This document shows positions 34,510 to 43,834 of a stretch of DNA of 64,000 nucleotides, one piece after another. Position numbers and translations under genes: made by a program. This DNA is from Rikenellaceae bacterium (GTDB lineage: Bacteria > Bacteroidota > Bacteroidia > Bacteroidales > Rikenellaceae), in contig JAVBRA010000007.1 in assembly GCA_031548435.1 (NCBI GenBank), positions 67,955 through 131,954 on the forward strand, given 5' to 3'. Every line of letters starts with the position of its first letter. Position 1 is the stretch's first letter. The notes under the pieces were generated by a model. It had not been told where the DNA came from. It worked only from the letters and a program-made list of their open reading frames with translations, and ran no database searches.

Positions 34510-34797
34510 TTAGATAACATAGCTACCTTTTTTTGAGGGATGCGTCGAACAGGCTCCAGGAGTACACGCTTTTCCTTCACCAGCATGATTCCAGAAACAA
34601 CTGGGAACAACTGTTTTTTGACAGTGATCACACCATGTTTTTTGCGCATTCCAGTTATCCGGTAATCCATTGGACTCATCAGAGGTAAGCGCTTCCACAT
34701 TCTGATCGAAGAGGGTCTGTTCGTTTTTGTCGATGAAGAACAGCGTCAACGAAACACACACGGCAACAGATGCCATCAAATAATAGATCTTTTTCAT
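34510..34797 (-). CDS. NVEALA-like small Cys-rich secreted peptide
   Basis: The start is set at 'MKKIYYLMASVAVCVSLTLFF' (signal or anchor). 'QNVEALTSDE' is a variant of the NVEALA motif. The 5-Cys C-terminal region is 'WCDHCQKTVVPSCFWNHAGEGKACTPGAC'. Confidence 0.6.
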   Translation of the reverse strand: MKKIYYLMASVAVCVSLTLFFIDKNEQTLFDQNVEALTSDESNGLPDNWNAQKTWCDHCQKTVVPSCFWNHAGEGKACTPGACSTHPSKKGSYVI

Positions 34798-35101
34798 AGG
34801 ATAAAGAAATAATGGGGTTACAAGGACAAATATACAACAATTTCGCAAATCAAAAAAAATATCACACAAAACAATAAAAATTTATTCGTAATCATCATAA
34901 ATCATTGACTATAATTTATATACCCATATACCATAATACAAACGAACAACGCATCTACAGACAAAAACACTTCCCACACACTACAATAATACGAAAACAG
35001 ACAATTGTTCCCGCAACCCAACAAACCCGAAAAGCGCGGCATAAACGCCTTGCAGATAGAATAAAAGTTGTATTTTTGTGGCGAAATAGGGAGCCCTCAG
35101 C

Positions 35102-37489
35102 ATGAAAAAAGCCGCCACACGCACCGCCAAACCCACCAAACCCAACCAAACCAAAGAGCAAAAGTTCACGAAATGGTTCTGGCGCATTTTCCTGGCGCCA
35201 TTCGCCGTGCTGTTCCTGCTGCTGTTACTGGCCGGGGTCGGCGTGTTCGGGAGCCTGCCCACGTTCGAGGAGCTGGAAAATCCCAAGAGCAACCTGGCCA
35301 CGCAGATCATCTCGGCCGACGGGGAGGACATCGGCAATTTCTCGATCCAGAACCGCGTGTACGTTTCGTACGAGGAGATATCGCCCTTCGTGGTGGCCGC
35401 GCTGGTTTCGACCGAGGACGCCCGCTACTACCGCCACTCCGGGATCGACTTCAAGGGGCTGGGGCGCGTGGCCGTGAAAACCATCACCCTGATGAACCGC
35501 AACCAGGGCGGGGGCAGCACCATCTCGCAACAGCTGGCAAAAAATCTCTTTCCGCGCGATACCGTCTACCGCCGCAACCCCCTCGTAAAAACAGGCAAGC
35601 TGGCCGTGGCCAAGCTCAAGGAGTGGATCGTGGCCGTGAAGCTCGAACACAACTACACCAAGGAAGAGATCATCGCCATGTACCTCAACACGGTCGAATA
35701 CGGCAACAACGCGTTCGGCATCAAGTCGGCCGCGCAGACTTTTTTCAGCAAAACCCCGGCCGAACTGAACATCCAGGAGGCGGCCACGCTGGTAGGCATG
35801 GTCAACGCCCCCACGCGCTACAGTCCGCGCCGCAACTACGACCGGTCGCTGGCGCGCCGCAACACGGTGATCTCGCGCATGGACAAAAGCGGATACATCA
35901 CCGGCCATGTGCGCGACTCGCTCTGCAAACTGTCCATCGAACTCGACTTCCATCCCATCTCGCACGACGAGGGGATCGGCACCTACTTCCGCGAAATGAT
36001 CCGCCTGGTGATGACCATGCCGCGGCCCAAGCGGTCGCAGTACGCCAACGACTGGGACTACGAATACGAACTCCGGCGCTGGGACGAAAACCCGCTCTAC
36101 GGCTGGATCTACAAAAACAGGAAGAGCGACGGCTCGATGTACAACCTCTACAAAGACGGGCTCAAAATTTATGTCACGATCGACTCGCGGATGCAACGCT
36201 ACGCCGAGCAGGCGCTCTACCTGCACCTCAAAACCACCGTCCAGCCGAAGATGGACGAGCAGGTCAAGCGCAGCGGCACTCCCTACCGCGGCGCCTCCAA
36301 GTCCGACATCGAAGCGTCGATCGACCGCGCGGTGCGGCTTTCCGACCGGTGGCGCGAGATGAAAAAAGCGGGCTATTCAGACGCCGACATCCTGAAGGAG
36401 TTCGCCAAACCGGTGGACATGACCGTTTTCTCGTACCGCGGCCCCGTCGACACGACGATGACTCCGCTCGATTCGGTGAAATACTACAAAACGCTGATGC
36501 GCGCGTCGTTCGTGGCGGTCGACCCGATCAGCAGCCAGGTGAAGGCGTACGTCGGCGGCGTCGACTTCAAATACTTCAAGTACGACATGGCCAAACAGGG
36601 CAAGCGGCAGGTGGGATCGACCATCAAGCCGTTCGTCTACACGTTCGCCATCGACCAACTGGGGCTGACCCCGTGCACCGAGGTGCCGAACCTGCAAACC
36701 ACCATCGAATCTCCCAACGGGAAGATATGGACTCCGCGCGAAGCCTCGAAGGTGGAGTACAACGGCGAGATGCACCCGCTGAGCTGGGGGCTGGCCAACA
36801 GCCGCAACAACTATTCGGCCTGGATCATGAAAGCGGCGCACAACCCCGACGTGGTGGCCGACTTCATCCACAAGCTGGGCATGACCAGCTACATCTACCC
36901 GGCCTACGCGTTGTGCCTGGGCTCGTCCGACGCTTCGCCCTACGAGCTGGCCGGAGCTTATTCGACGTTCGTGAACAAGGGGATCTCGACCGAGCCGATC
37001 TTCGTGACCCGCATCGAAGACCAGCACGGCAACGTCATCTCGTCGTTCATTCCGCAGGGGCACGACGCCATCAGCGAGCAGGTGGCCTACACCATGATCA
37101 CCATGTTGCAGGGGGTGGTCAACGGCGGAACAGCCAGCAGGCTCCGCTACCGCTACGGCTTCACGGGCGAAATGGGTGGCAAAACCGGAACCTCGCAGAA
37201 CAACTCCGACGCCTGGTTTGTGGGTGTGACGCCCAAGCTGGTGGGTGCGGCCTGGATGGGCGGCGACGACATGAGCATCAACTTCGCCTCGGGCGGTGAG
37301 GGGGCGGCAATGGCCCTGCCCATCTACGCCGACTTCCTGAAGATGGTCTATGCCGACAAGGCGCTGGGAGTCACACAGGACGACAAGTTCCTGTTGCCGT
37401 ACGGAGGCTATCAGGCCCCCTGCCGGTCTGAAAACCCGTACCTCGACAGCGGCGAATTCCTGTTCGACGGCGAGGACGACTTTTTCTGA
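35102..37489 (+). CDS. mrcA: Penicillin-binding protein 1A (bifunctional transglycosylase/transpeptidase)
   Basis: 795 aa. GT51 motifs 'EDARYYRHSGID' and 'GGSTISQQLAKN'. Transpeptidase motifs 'GSTIKPF' (SxxK) and 'KTGTS'. Confidence 0.9.
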   Translation: MKKAATRTAKPTKPNQTKEQKFTKWFWRIFLAPFAVLFLLLLLAGVGVFGSLPTFEELENPKSNLATQIISADGEDIGNFSIQNRVYVSYEEISPFVVAALVSTEDARYYRHSGIDFKGLGRVAVKTITLMNRNQGGGSTISQQLAKNLFPRDTVYRRNPLVKTGKLAVAKLKEWIVAVKLEHNYTKEEIIAMYLNTVEYGNNAFGIKSAAQTFFSKTPAELNIQEAATLVGMVNAPTRYSPRRNYDRSLARRNTVISRMDKSGYITGHVRDSLCKLSIELDFHPISHDEGIGTYFREMIRLVMTMPRPKRSQYANDWDYEYELRRWDENPLYGWIYKNRKSDGSMYNLYKDGLKIYVTIDSRMQRYAEQALYLHLKTTVQPKMDEQVKRSGTPYRGASKSDIEASIDRAVRLSDRWREMKKAGYSDADILKEFAKPVDMTVFSYRGPVDTTMTPLDSVKYYKTLMRASFVAVDPISSQVKAYVGGVDFKYFKYDMAKQGKRQVGSTIKPFVYTFAIDQLGLTPCTEVPNLQTTIESPNGKIWTPREASKVEYNGEMHPLSWGLANSRNNYSAWIMKAAHNPDVVADFIHKLGMTSYIYPAYALCLGSSDASPYELAGAYSTFVNKGISTEPIFVTRIEDQHGNVISSFIPQGHDAISEQVAYTMITMLQGVVNGGTASRLRYRYGFTGEMGGKTGTSQNNSDAWFVGVTPKLVGAAWMGGDDMSINFASGGEGAAMALPIYADFLKMVYADKALGVTQDDKFLLPYGGYQAPCRSENPYLDSGEFLFDGEDDFF

Positions 37490-37686
37490 CATTAACGCCA
37501 AGTAGAGAAACAGGCATCGTCGCGAGATACAAAGTATCTCCCAAAAATTTTCGGAGCCACCGGCTCTCTTGTTATTAAAACAGGACTCATAAACGTTCAC
37601 AAGTTAAAGAAGCAATCTTGTTAAGAAAGCATTTCCGATGCCTTTTTTCAAAAAGCTTCGAAGTAAAATCATAGCAAAACAGAAAA

Positions 37687-38682
37687 ATGAAAGTAGCGGT
37701 ATTCGGCGCCACCGGATTGGTAGGTGGCGTGATGTTGAAAGTTTTGGAGGAAAGGAATTTCCCCGTAACGGAGTTGATTCCCATTGCCAGCGAACGTTCG
37801 GCGGGCAAGCAGGTCGAGTTCAAGGGAAGGAAATATACGGTGGTGGTGCCGCAGCAGGGGCTGGAAATGAAACCCGAGCTGGTGATTCTGTCGGCCGGGG
37901 GGGGCACTTCGCTCGAATGGGCGCCCAAGTTCGCCGAAGCGGGCTGTTATGTGGTCGACAACAGCTCGGCCTGGCGGATGGATCCGACCAAGAAGCTGGT
38001 AATTCCCGAAATCAACGCTTCGGCGCTGACCAGGGACGACCGCATCATCGCCAACCCCAACTGCTCGACGATCCAGATGCTGGTGGCCCTGGCGCCGCTG
38101 CACAAGGCGTACAAAATCCGCCGCATCGTGGTTTCGACCTACCAGGCCATCACCGGCACGGGCGTGAAGGCTGTGGCGCAAATGGAAAACGAGCGCGCAG
38201 GCGTGGAGGGCGACATGGCCTATCCGTATGTGATCGACAAAAACTGCATCCCGCAGTGCGACTCGTTTACCGACAACGGCTATACGAAAGAGGAGATGAA
38301 GCTGGTGAACGAAACCCACAAGATCCTGGGCGACGATTCGATCCTGGTCTCGCCGACGGCCATCCGCGTGCCGGTGGTGGGAGGACACTCCGAGTCGATC
38401 AACGTTGAATTCGAAAAGAGTTTCGATCTGGCCGAGCTGCGGAACATCCTGGCATCAGCCGAGGGCATTGTGGTGATGGATAACCCCGACAAACTGGAAT
38501 ACCCCATGGCGCGCTACCTGCAACACCGCGACGAGGTGTTCGTGGGCCGCATCCGCCAGGACATCTCCAATCCCAAGGCCGTCAACATGTGGGTGGTGGC
38601 CGACAACCTGCGCAAAGGAGCGGCGACCAACGCGGTGCAAATCGCACAGTGCCTGCTGGACAAAGGGTTTATCAAGGCATAG
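37687..38682 (+). CDS. asd: Aspartate-semialdehyde dehydrogenase
   Basis: 331 aa. 'VAVFGATGLVGG' and the active-site segment 'IANPNCSTIQM'. Confidence 0.9.
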   Translation: MKVAVFGATGLVGGVMLKVLEERNFPVTELIPIASERSAGKQVEFKGRKYTVVVPQQGLEMKPELVILSAGGGTSLEWAPKFAEAGCYVVDNSSAWRMDPTKKLVIPEINASALTRDDRIIANPNCSTIQMLVALAPLHKAYKIRRIVVSTYQAITGTGVKAVAQMENERAGVEGDMAYPYVIDKNCIPQCDSFTDNGYTKEEMKLVNETHKILGDDSILVSPTAIRVPVVGGHSESINVEFEKSFDLAELRNILASAEGIVVMDNPDKLEYPMARYLQHRDEVFVGRIRQDISNPKAVNMWVVADNLRKGAATNAVQIAQCLLDKGFIKA

Positions 38683-38844
38683 AAGTCGAAAAGGAGGGGG
38701 TGGGAGGTTTCCGCCCTTCTTTTTTTGTCCCCATGCCTTTCAGGGAACACATTGTTCGTATAAGCCATCACGCACCCGCGAATGGGCCGATGCGGAAAAA
38801 CGCGGCTTTTTCAACCCGGGGCTTTCTCCGCTCCGAAGCCTGTG

Positions 38845-38890
38845 AACGATTTGCGGCGGCGGGACTTCAGTCCCGCCGCCGCAAATCGTT
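38845..38890. terminator. Bidirectional terminator (20-bp perfect inverted repeat)
   Basis: aacgatttgcggcggcggga / tcccgccgccgcaaatcgtt around cttcag, between convergent asd and the DAHP synthase gene. Confidence 0.7.
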
Positions 38891-38905
38891 CCCCTCCACA
38901 GGGCG

Positions 38906-39982
38906 CTACCCCTTTTTGTTCATCACCTCGTTCTGCAGGTTGATGCTCTCGATGTGAATGGCATCGAGCACCTTAGACAAAAACTCCCTGCTCAGCCCCA
39001 GGCTGTCGGATTTGGAGAGGAAACGGTCGACCACACTGCTCCAGCGCGTGCTCTGGAGGATGGTCACATCGTTGTCGCGCTTGATCTCGCCGATTTTCTC
39101 GGCCACCCTCATCCGCTTGGACAGCAGCATGAACACCTCGTTGTCCAGTTGGTCGATCTGGCCGCGCATCTGCATCAGCGCCTGCTGGAACTCGGTTTTG
39201 CCGGTGGCCTCGGACGCCCGCCATTTGATCATCGACAACATCTCGGCCAGCCGTTCGGGAGTAATCTGCTGTGCGGCATCGCTCCAGGCATGGTCCGGGT
39301 CGACGTGGCTTTCGACGATCAGCCCGTCATAGTCGAGGTCGGCGGCCACCTGCGACACCTCGGCCAACCCGATGCGGTTGCCGCAGATGTGCGATGGGTC
39401 GCAGATGACAGGCACCTCGGGCAGGCGGCGCTTCATTTCGATGGCCATGTGCCACATAGGGTTGTTGCGGTATTCGCTGCCTCCGAAGTGCGAGAAGCCG
39501 CGGTGGATCAGCCCCACCTGTTCGATGTCCGCCTTCTGGATGCGTTGCATGGCCCCGGCCCACAGATCGAGATCGGGGTTCATCGGGTTTTTCAGCAGCA
39601 CGGCCACATCGGCGCCGCGCAACGCATCGGCGATATCCTGCACGCTGAACGGATTGCCCGTGGTGCGCGCCCCGATCCACAAAATATCAACGCCGAACTC
39701 CAGCGCGCTCTCGACATGTTTGGCCGTAGCCACCTCCACGGCCACAGGCATCCCGGTCTCTTTTTTAATGGCGTTGAGCCACGCCAACCCCTTGAGCCCC
39801 ACGCCCTCGAACATCCCGGGACGGGTGCGCGGCTTCCATATCCCGGCGCGCAGCACATCCACCCGGCCGGTGGCGGCGATGCGGCGGCACGTTTCCATGG
39901 TTTGCTCTTCGGTCTCGGCGCTGCACGGGCCGGCCATGATGAGCGGTTTTTTCGATTTGAGGTTGAATGCTTTGGTTTCCAT
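38906..39982 (-). CDS. Bifunctional 3-deoxy-7-phosphoheptulonate synthase / chorismate mutase
   Basis: 358 aa. The N-terminal DAHP/KDO8P synthase-type barrel has 'IMAGPCSAE' and 'CDPSH'. The C-terminal chorismate mutase type II helix is 'QIDQLDNEVFMLLSKRMRVAEKIGEIK'. Confidence 0.85.
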   Translation of the reverse strand: METKAFNLKSKKPLIMAGPCSAETEEQTMETCRRIAATGRVDVLRAGIWKPRTRPGMFEGVGLKGLAWLNAIKKETGMPVAVEVATAKHVESALEFGVDILWIGARTTGNPFSVQDIADALRGADVAVLLKNPMNPDLDLWAGAMQRIQKADIEQVGLIHRGFSHFGGSEYRNNPMWHMAIEMKRRLPEVPVICDPSHICGNRIGLAEVSQVAADLDYDGLIVESHVDPDHAWSDAAQQITPERLAEMLSMIKWRASEATGKTEFQQALMQMRGQIDQLDNEVFMLLSKRMRVAEKIGEIKRDNDVTILQSTRWSSVVDRFLSKSDSLGLSREFLSKVLDAIHIESINLQNEVMNKKG

Positions 39983-40183
39983 AATATTATCTCTTCATTT
40001 TATTATTTTTTATCTGTCATCCTGAGCGGGGATCTCCCGATCAAGGAAACAACCTTCGTTTTGAAGGAGATCCTCCGTTCAGGATGACACCCCCACAAGG
40101 TGTTTTGCCGGGAGTCCACCGTTCCGGACTAAAAACATCGCCGGACGCAGCAACGCTGCTGCCAATAAACGGATTTGCGGCTC

Positions 40184-41023
40184 CTACTTGATGATCTTCC
40201 GTATCGAGTTGGCTTTCTCCATCGCCGCCGCAAGCCCTTTGGCATCGTCTTTTTCGAGCATGTGGCGGAATATCTGCAACTGGTGGATGTGCTCGCGCAA
40301 CACGTCCAGCACATTGTACTTGTTCTGCATCAGGATCGGCACCCAGGTACTGGGCGAACTCTTGGCCAGACGCACCGTGCTGTCGAAACCGCCGCCCGCC
40401 AGGTCGAAGATGTTCTCCGCCTCGCGTTCTTTTTCCAGCACCGTCAGCGCCAGGGCGAACGAGGTGATGTGCGAGATGTGGCTGACATAAGCCACGTGGG
40501 TGTCGTGTTCTTCGGCCTCCATATACTTGATGTTCAGTCCGATGTTGCGATAGATGCCCTCCACCAGCGACAACGCCTGCGGGGCGCTTTTGCCGCGTTC
40601 GCAGATCACCACCGTCTTGCCTTCCATTTTTCCTTTCACCGCCGCTTCGGGCCCGCTGTATTCCGTCCCCCACATGGGGTGCGTGGCCACGAAATTGCCG
40701 CGCCCGGGGTGCCGCGAGATCACTTCGCACAACTCCCCCTTGGTCGATCCCATATCGATCACCACCTGTTTGTCCACCTTGTTCAATATCTTCACCGCCA
40801 GCATGGGGATGGCGCTCACCGGCACGGCCAGCACAATCAGGTCGGCCGCCGCCACCGCCTCGTCCAACTCGGCGATCCGGTCGACGATGCCAAGTTCCAG
40901 CGCCTTGTCGGCATTGGCTTTGTTGCTTTCCACGCCGATCACCTCGTCCACGATTCCCTTCTCTTTGAGGTCGAGGGCGAACGACCCCCCGATCAACCCC
41001 ACACCTATGATCGCCGCTTTCAT
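40184..41023 (-). CDS. tyrA: Prephenate dehydrogenase
   Basis: 279 aa. 'AAIIGVGLIGGSFALDL' is the Rossmann motif. 'HPMWG' is conserved. Confidence 0.85.
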   Translation of the reverse strand: MKAAIIGVGLIGGSFALDLKEKGIVDEVIGVESNKANADKALELGIVDRIAELDEAVAAADLIVLAVPVSAIPMLAVKILNKVDKQVVIDMGSTKGELCEVISRHPGRGNFVATHPMWGTEYSGPEAAVKGKMEGKTVVICERGKSAPQALSLVEGIYRNIGLNIKYMEAEEHDTHVAYVSHISHITSFALALTVLEKEREAENIFDLAGGGFDSTVRLAKSSPSTWVPILMQNKYNVLDVLREHIHQLQIFRHMLEKDDAKGLAAAMEKANSIRKIIK

Positions 41024-42183
41024 TCCTTGATCTTGTTTAATGCGTTGGTCAATGTCCGTTCGTCGGCACAGAGGCTCACACGCATGTAGTCGTTGCCTTC
41101 GCTGCCGAAGATGCCGCCGGGAGTGATGAACACGCCCTTCTCGTACAGCAGTTTATCGCTGTACCGGTAGCAATCCCCCACCCCTTCGGGCAGCCGCCCC
41201 CAGATGAACAACCCCGCCTGATCCGGCTCGCAGACACAGCCGATCGCCTCCATGATCTTGTATCCCAGCTCTTCCCGGCCGCGATACACCTTATCGACCG
41301 AGGCGTACCACTCGTCGCCGAGCGACAGGGCATAGGCCGCAGCCGCCTGCAACGGATAGAACATCCCCGAGTCCATGTTGCTTTTGAAGCGCAGCACCTC
41401 CTGCACGCGCTGACTGTCGGCCAGCAGAAAGCCAATGCGCCAACCGGCCATGTTATGGCTCTTGCTCAGCGAATTGAGCTCTATCGCCACCTCTTTCGCC
41501 CCTTCGACCTGCAACAGGCTCAGGGGTTTGTCGTTGCGGATGAAACTATACGGATTGTCGTGCACGATCAGGATGTTGTGCCTGCGTCCGAAGGCCACGA
41601 TCCGCTCGAACAATTCCACCGTCGGCTTGGCCCCGGTAGGCATCTGGGGGTAGTTGACCATCATCATCTTCACCCCTTGCAGCCCCTGCTTTTCGATTGC
41701 TTCGAAGTCGGGCATCCACCCGCCCGCAGCCGTCAGCCGGTATTGCTCGCACACGCCGCCCGAAAGCGCCACGGCCGAAGTGTAGGTCGGATATCCGGGA
41801 TTGGGCACCAGCACTTTATCTCCCTTGTTCAGGTAAGCCATGCAGATATGCATCAGCCCCTCTTTCGATCCCACCAGCGGCAGGATCTCCGACGCCGGAT
41901 CAAGCGCCACGCCATAGCGGCGGGCATACCACGCCGCAGCGGCATTGCGCAGCACCGGCGCTCCGACGTACGACTGGTAGCCGTGGTTTCCCGGCTTGGC
42001 GGCCTCGCGCGCAAGGGTTTCGATCACGCCCGCTGCCGGCGGCAGGTCGGGGCTCCCCACTCCCAGACTGATAATCTCACGCCCCTGGGCCCTCAGCCCG
42101 TCGATCTCGCGCAGTTTCTTCGAGAAGAAATATTCTCCGACCCCCTCGAGGCGTTCCGACGGATGGATGTCAATCAAACTCAT
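41020..42183 (-). CDS. Class I/II pyridoxal-phosphate aminotransferase (aromatic/prephenate aminotransferase context)
   Basis: 387 aa. 'NPGYPTY' and 'NSLSKSHNMAGWRIGF' (PLP-Lys). 4-nt overlaps with both neighbours. Confidence 0.85.
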   Translation of the reverse strand: MSLIDIHPSERLEGVGEYFFSKKLREIDGLRAQGREIISLGVGSPDLPPAAGVIETLAREAAKPGNHGYQSYVGAPVLRNAAAAWYARRYGVALDPASEILPLVGSKEGLMHICMAYLNKGDKVLVPNPGYPTYTSAVALSGGVCEQYRLTAAGGWMPDFEAIEKQGLQGVKMMMVNYPQMPTGAKPTVELFERIVAFGRRHNILIVHDNPYSFIRNDKPLSLLQVEGAKEVAIELNSLSKSHNMAGWRIGFLLADSQRVQEVLRFKSNMDSGMFYPLQAAAAYALSLGDEWYASVDKVYRGREELGYKIMEAIGCVCEPDQAGLFIWGRLPEGVGDCYRYSDKLLYEKGVFITPGGIFGSEGNDYMRVSLCADERTLTNALNKIKE

Positions 42184-43043
42184 ATCTCGGTTCCTTTTTT
42201 ATAAACTCCGTAAACATGCAACTCTTCGCTGGCGTTGCTCATCTTTTCAACCACCTGATTGAAAACGCGGATGTCCGGGAACTCCATATCCACATGGAAC
42301 AGGTAGTGCCACGGCTCGCTGGGGATGGGGTAAGACTGCAACTTGGTCATATTCACCGGCGCATCTTCCATCTGTTTGAGCACCGAGAACAACGACCCGT
42401 GCTCGTTGCCGATCTTGAAATAAAGCGACGCCTTGTCGGGGCCCTCAACAACTATGCCGGCGTCGGCGGCCTTGATAATCAAGAACCGGGTATAGTTGTT
42501 CTTGATGGTGTTGATATTCGGAACAATGACTTTCAGCCCGTACAGTTCGGCAGCGCGTTGGCTCGCTATGGCGGCGGCGTTGCGCAATCCTTTTTCGGCA
42601 ATCATCTTGGCGCTGAGGGCCGTATCTTCATACTCGACCAACTTCCAATCTTTTGTATCGAGGTAATCGGCACACTGCAACAGGGCCATCGGGTGCGAAT
42701 AGACCTCCTCCACATCGTCCTCAGAGACATCGGGCAACGCCATCAGGTTCTGCCGGATGCGCAGGTAGATCTCGCCCACCACCTGCAACGAGCTGTTTTG
42801 CAGCAAACTGTAATTAGGCAGGATGCTCCCGGCAATTGAATTCTCGATGGCCATCACCCCCACATCGGCGTCTTTGGCCGCAACCGCCGCCGCCAGCTTG
42901 CGGAACGTGCTGCAACACAACAGTTCGATCTCCCGGCCGATGAACCCTTCGGCCGCAATCTGGTGGAAACTCCCTTCGTACCCCTGGATAGCCACCCTCA
43001 ACCTTTTCCCCTCTTTGGGATACCCCACAATTCCTTCGTTCAT
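42180..43043 (-). CDS. pheA: Prephenate dehydratase
   Basis: 287 aa. 'RVAIQGYEGSFHQ', 'NYTRFLII' and a C-terminal ACT-like domain. Confidence 0.85.
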   Translation of the reverse strand: MNEGIVGYPKEGKRLRVAIQGYEGSFHQIAAEGFIGREIELLCCSTFRKLAAAVAAKDADVGVMAIENSIAGSILPNYSLLQNSSLQVVGEIYLRIRQNLMALPDVSEDDVEEVYSHPMALLQCADYLDTKDWKLVEYEDTALSAKMIAEKGLRNAAAIASQRAAELYGLKVIVPNINTIKNNYTRFLIIKAADAGIVVEGPDKASLYFKIGNEHGSLFSVLKQMEDAPVNMTKLQSYPIPSEPWHYLFHVDMEFPDIRVFNQVVEKMSNASEELHVYGVYKKGTEI

Positions 43044-43056
43044 TCTCGTTTAAATT

Positions 43057-43087
43057 AAAAGATCCCGGCCTTTTCCGGGCCGGGATC
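43057..43087 (-). terminator. Attenuator terminator immediately upstream of pheA
   Basis: On the minus strand, GATCCCGGCC-CGGAAAA-GGCCGGGATC is followed by TTTT. It ends 14 nt before the pheA ATG. Confidence 0.65.
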
Positions 43088-43111
43088 CTATGATTCGATG
43101 ATTTGCTATCA

Positions 43112-43195
43112 TTATTCACAAAGAAGTCCCAGCCCACCTTTTTTAAAAAAGTAGACGAAGTAAAAATAAAAACCGAAATAACGGGCCATTTTCAT
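43112..43195 (-). CDS. Phe/Tyr-rich leader peptide of the aromatic amino acid operon
   Basis: A 27-codon ORF, not in the supplied track: MKMARYFGFYFYFVYFFKKGGLGLLCE*. Ten of twelve consecutive codons (6-17) are Phe or Tyr. It is followed by the terminator hairpin. Confidence 0.6.
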   Translation of the reverse strand: MKMARYFGFYFYFVYFFKKGGLGLLCE

Positions 43196-43546
43196 CTCAA
43201 TGGGATCTCTTTGGGGACAAAGATAAAGTAAAAACAGGCATATTGTTCCGCATCGGGCATATTTTTTTGAGAATCAGCGGATTTTTTGCCCTGCTTGCAT
43301 CCAACAAACAACTGTATTTCAGATGTTTACATCATGCAACAGGCGGCATTCACGGGTTCGGCCGCATCCAAACCGCCGCAGGATCAAAAAACAAACAAGT
43401 CCAACGCACTGAAAATGTTTTGATTGAAGCAACCCATCCGCATTCGGCATCTAACTTTGAATCGTTTTTATTTGCAAAAAACACAGCAAAGCTTTATCTT
43501 TGCACCTCTTTCGGACGGCGACCGCCGCTCTGAAAGGCCAAAGCGA

Positions 43547-43629
43547 GGGAGAATACCAGAGTGGCCAAATGGGGCAGACTGTAAATCTGCTGACGTACGT
43601 CTTCGGTGGTTCGAATCCATCTTCTCCCA
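43547..43629 (+). tRNA. tRNA-Tyr (anticodon GTA)
   Basis: Acceptor GGGAGAA/TTCTCCC. Anticodon loop CTGTAAA. Long variable arm. T-loop GGTTCGAATCC. Confidence 0.9.
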
Positions 43630-43644
43630 CGAAAAAACGATTTT

Positions 43645-43717
43645 GCGGAAATAGCTCAGTTGGTAGAGCACAACCTTGCCAAGGTTGGGGTCGCGAGTTC
43701 GAGTCTCGTTTTCCGCT
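43645..43717 (+). tRNA. tRNA-Gly (anticodon GCC)
   Basis: Acceptor GCGGAAA/TTTCCGC. D-arm TAGCTCAGTTGGTAGAGC. Anticodon stem CAACC/GGTTG with loop TTGCCAA. T-loop AGTTCGAGTCT. Confidence 0.9.
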
Positions 43718-43722
43718 CTGTT

Positions 43723-43762
43723 AATCAGCGATTTATCTAAATGATAGATCGCTGATTTTTTT
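43723..43762 (+). terminator. Rho-independent terminator after the tRNA pair
   Basis: Stem aatcagcgat / atcgctgatt followed by TTTTT. Confidence 0.7.
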
Positions 43763-43834
43763 GTTTATGACGGTTGGAGGGCGATCTCAAAGCGTTTTCG
43801 AGGGAGGTATTTACTCTTTTGACCTCTTTATTTG

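Noticed and set aside
35068-37600. 743-aa plus-strand ORF (35068-37299), 333-aa minus-strand ORF (35225-36226) and 407-aa minus-strand ORF (36377-37600) over the PBP1A gene.
   Set aside because: These are alternate-frame or antisense readings of the PBP1A gene, whose own frame carries the GT51 and SxxK/KTG motifs. The other translations are Arg/Gly/His-rich nonsense.
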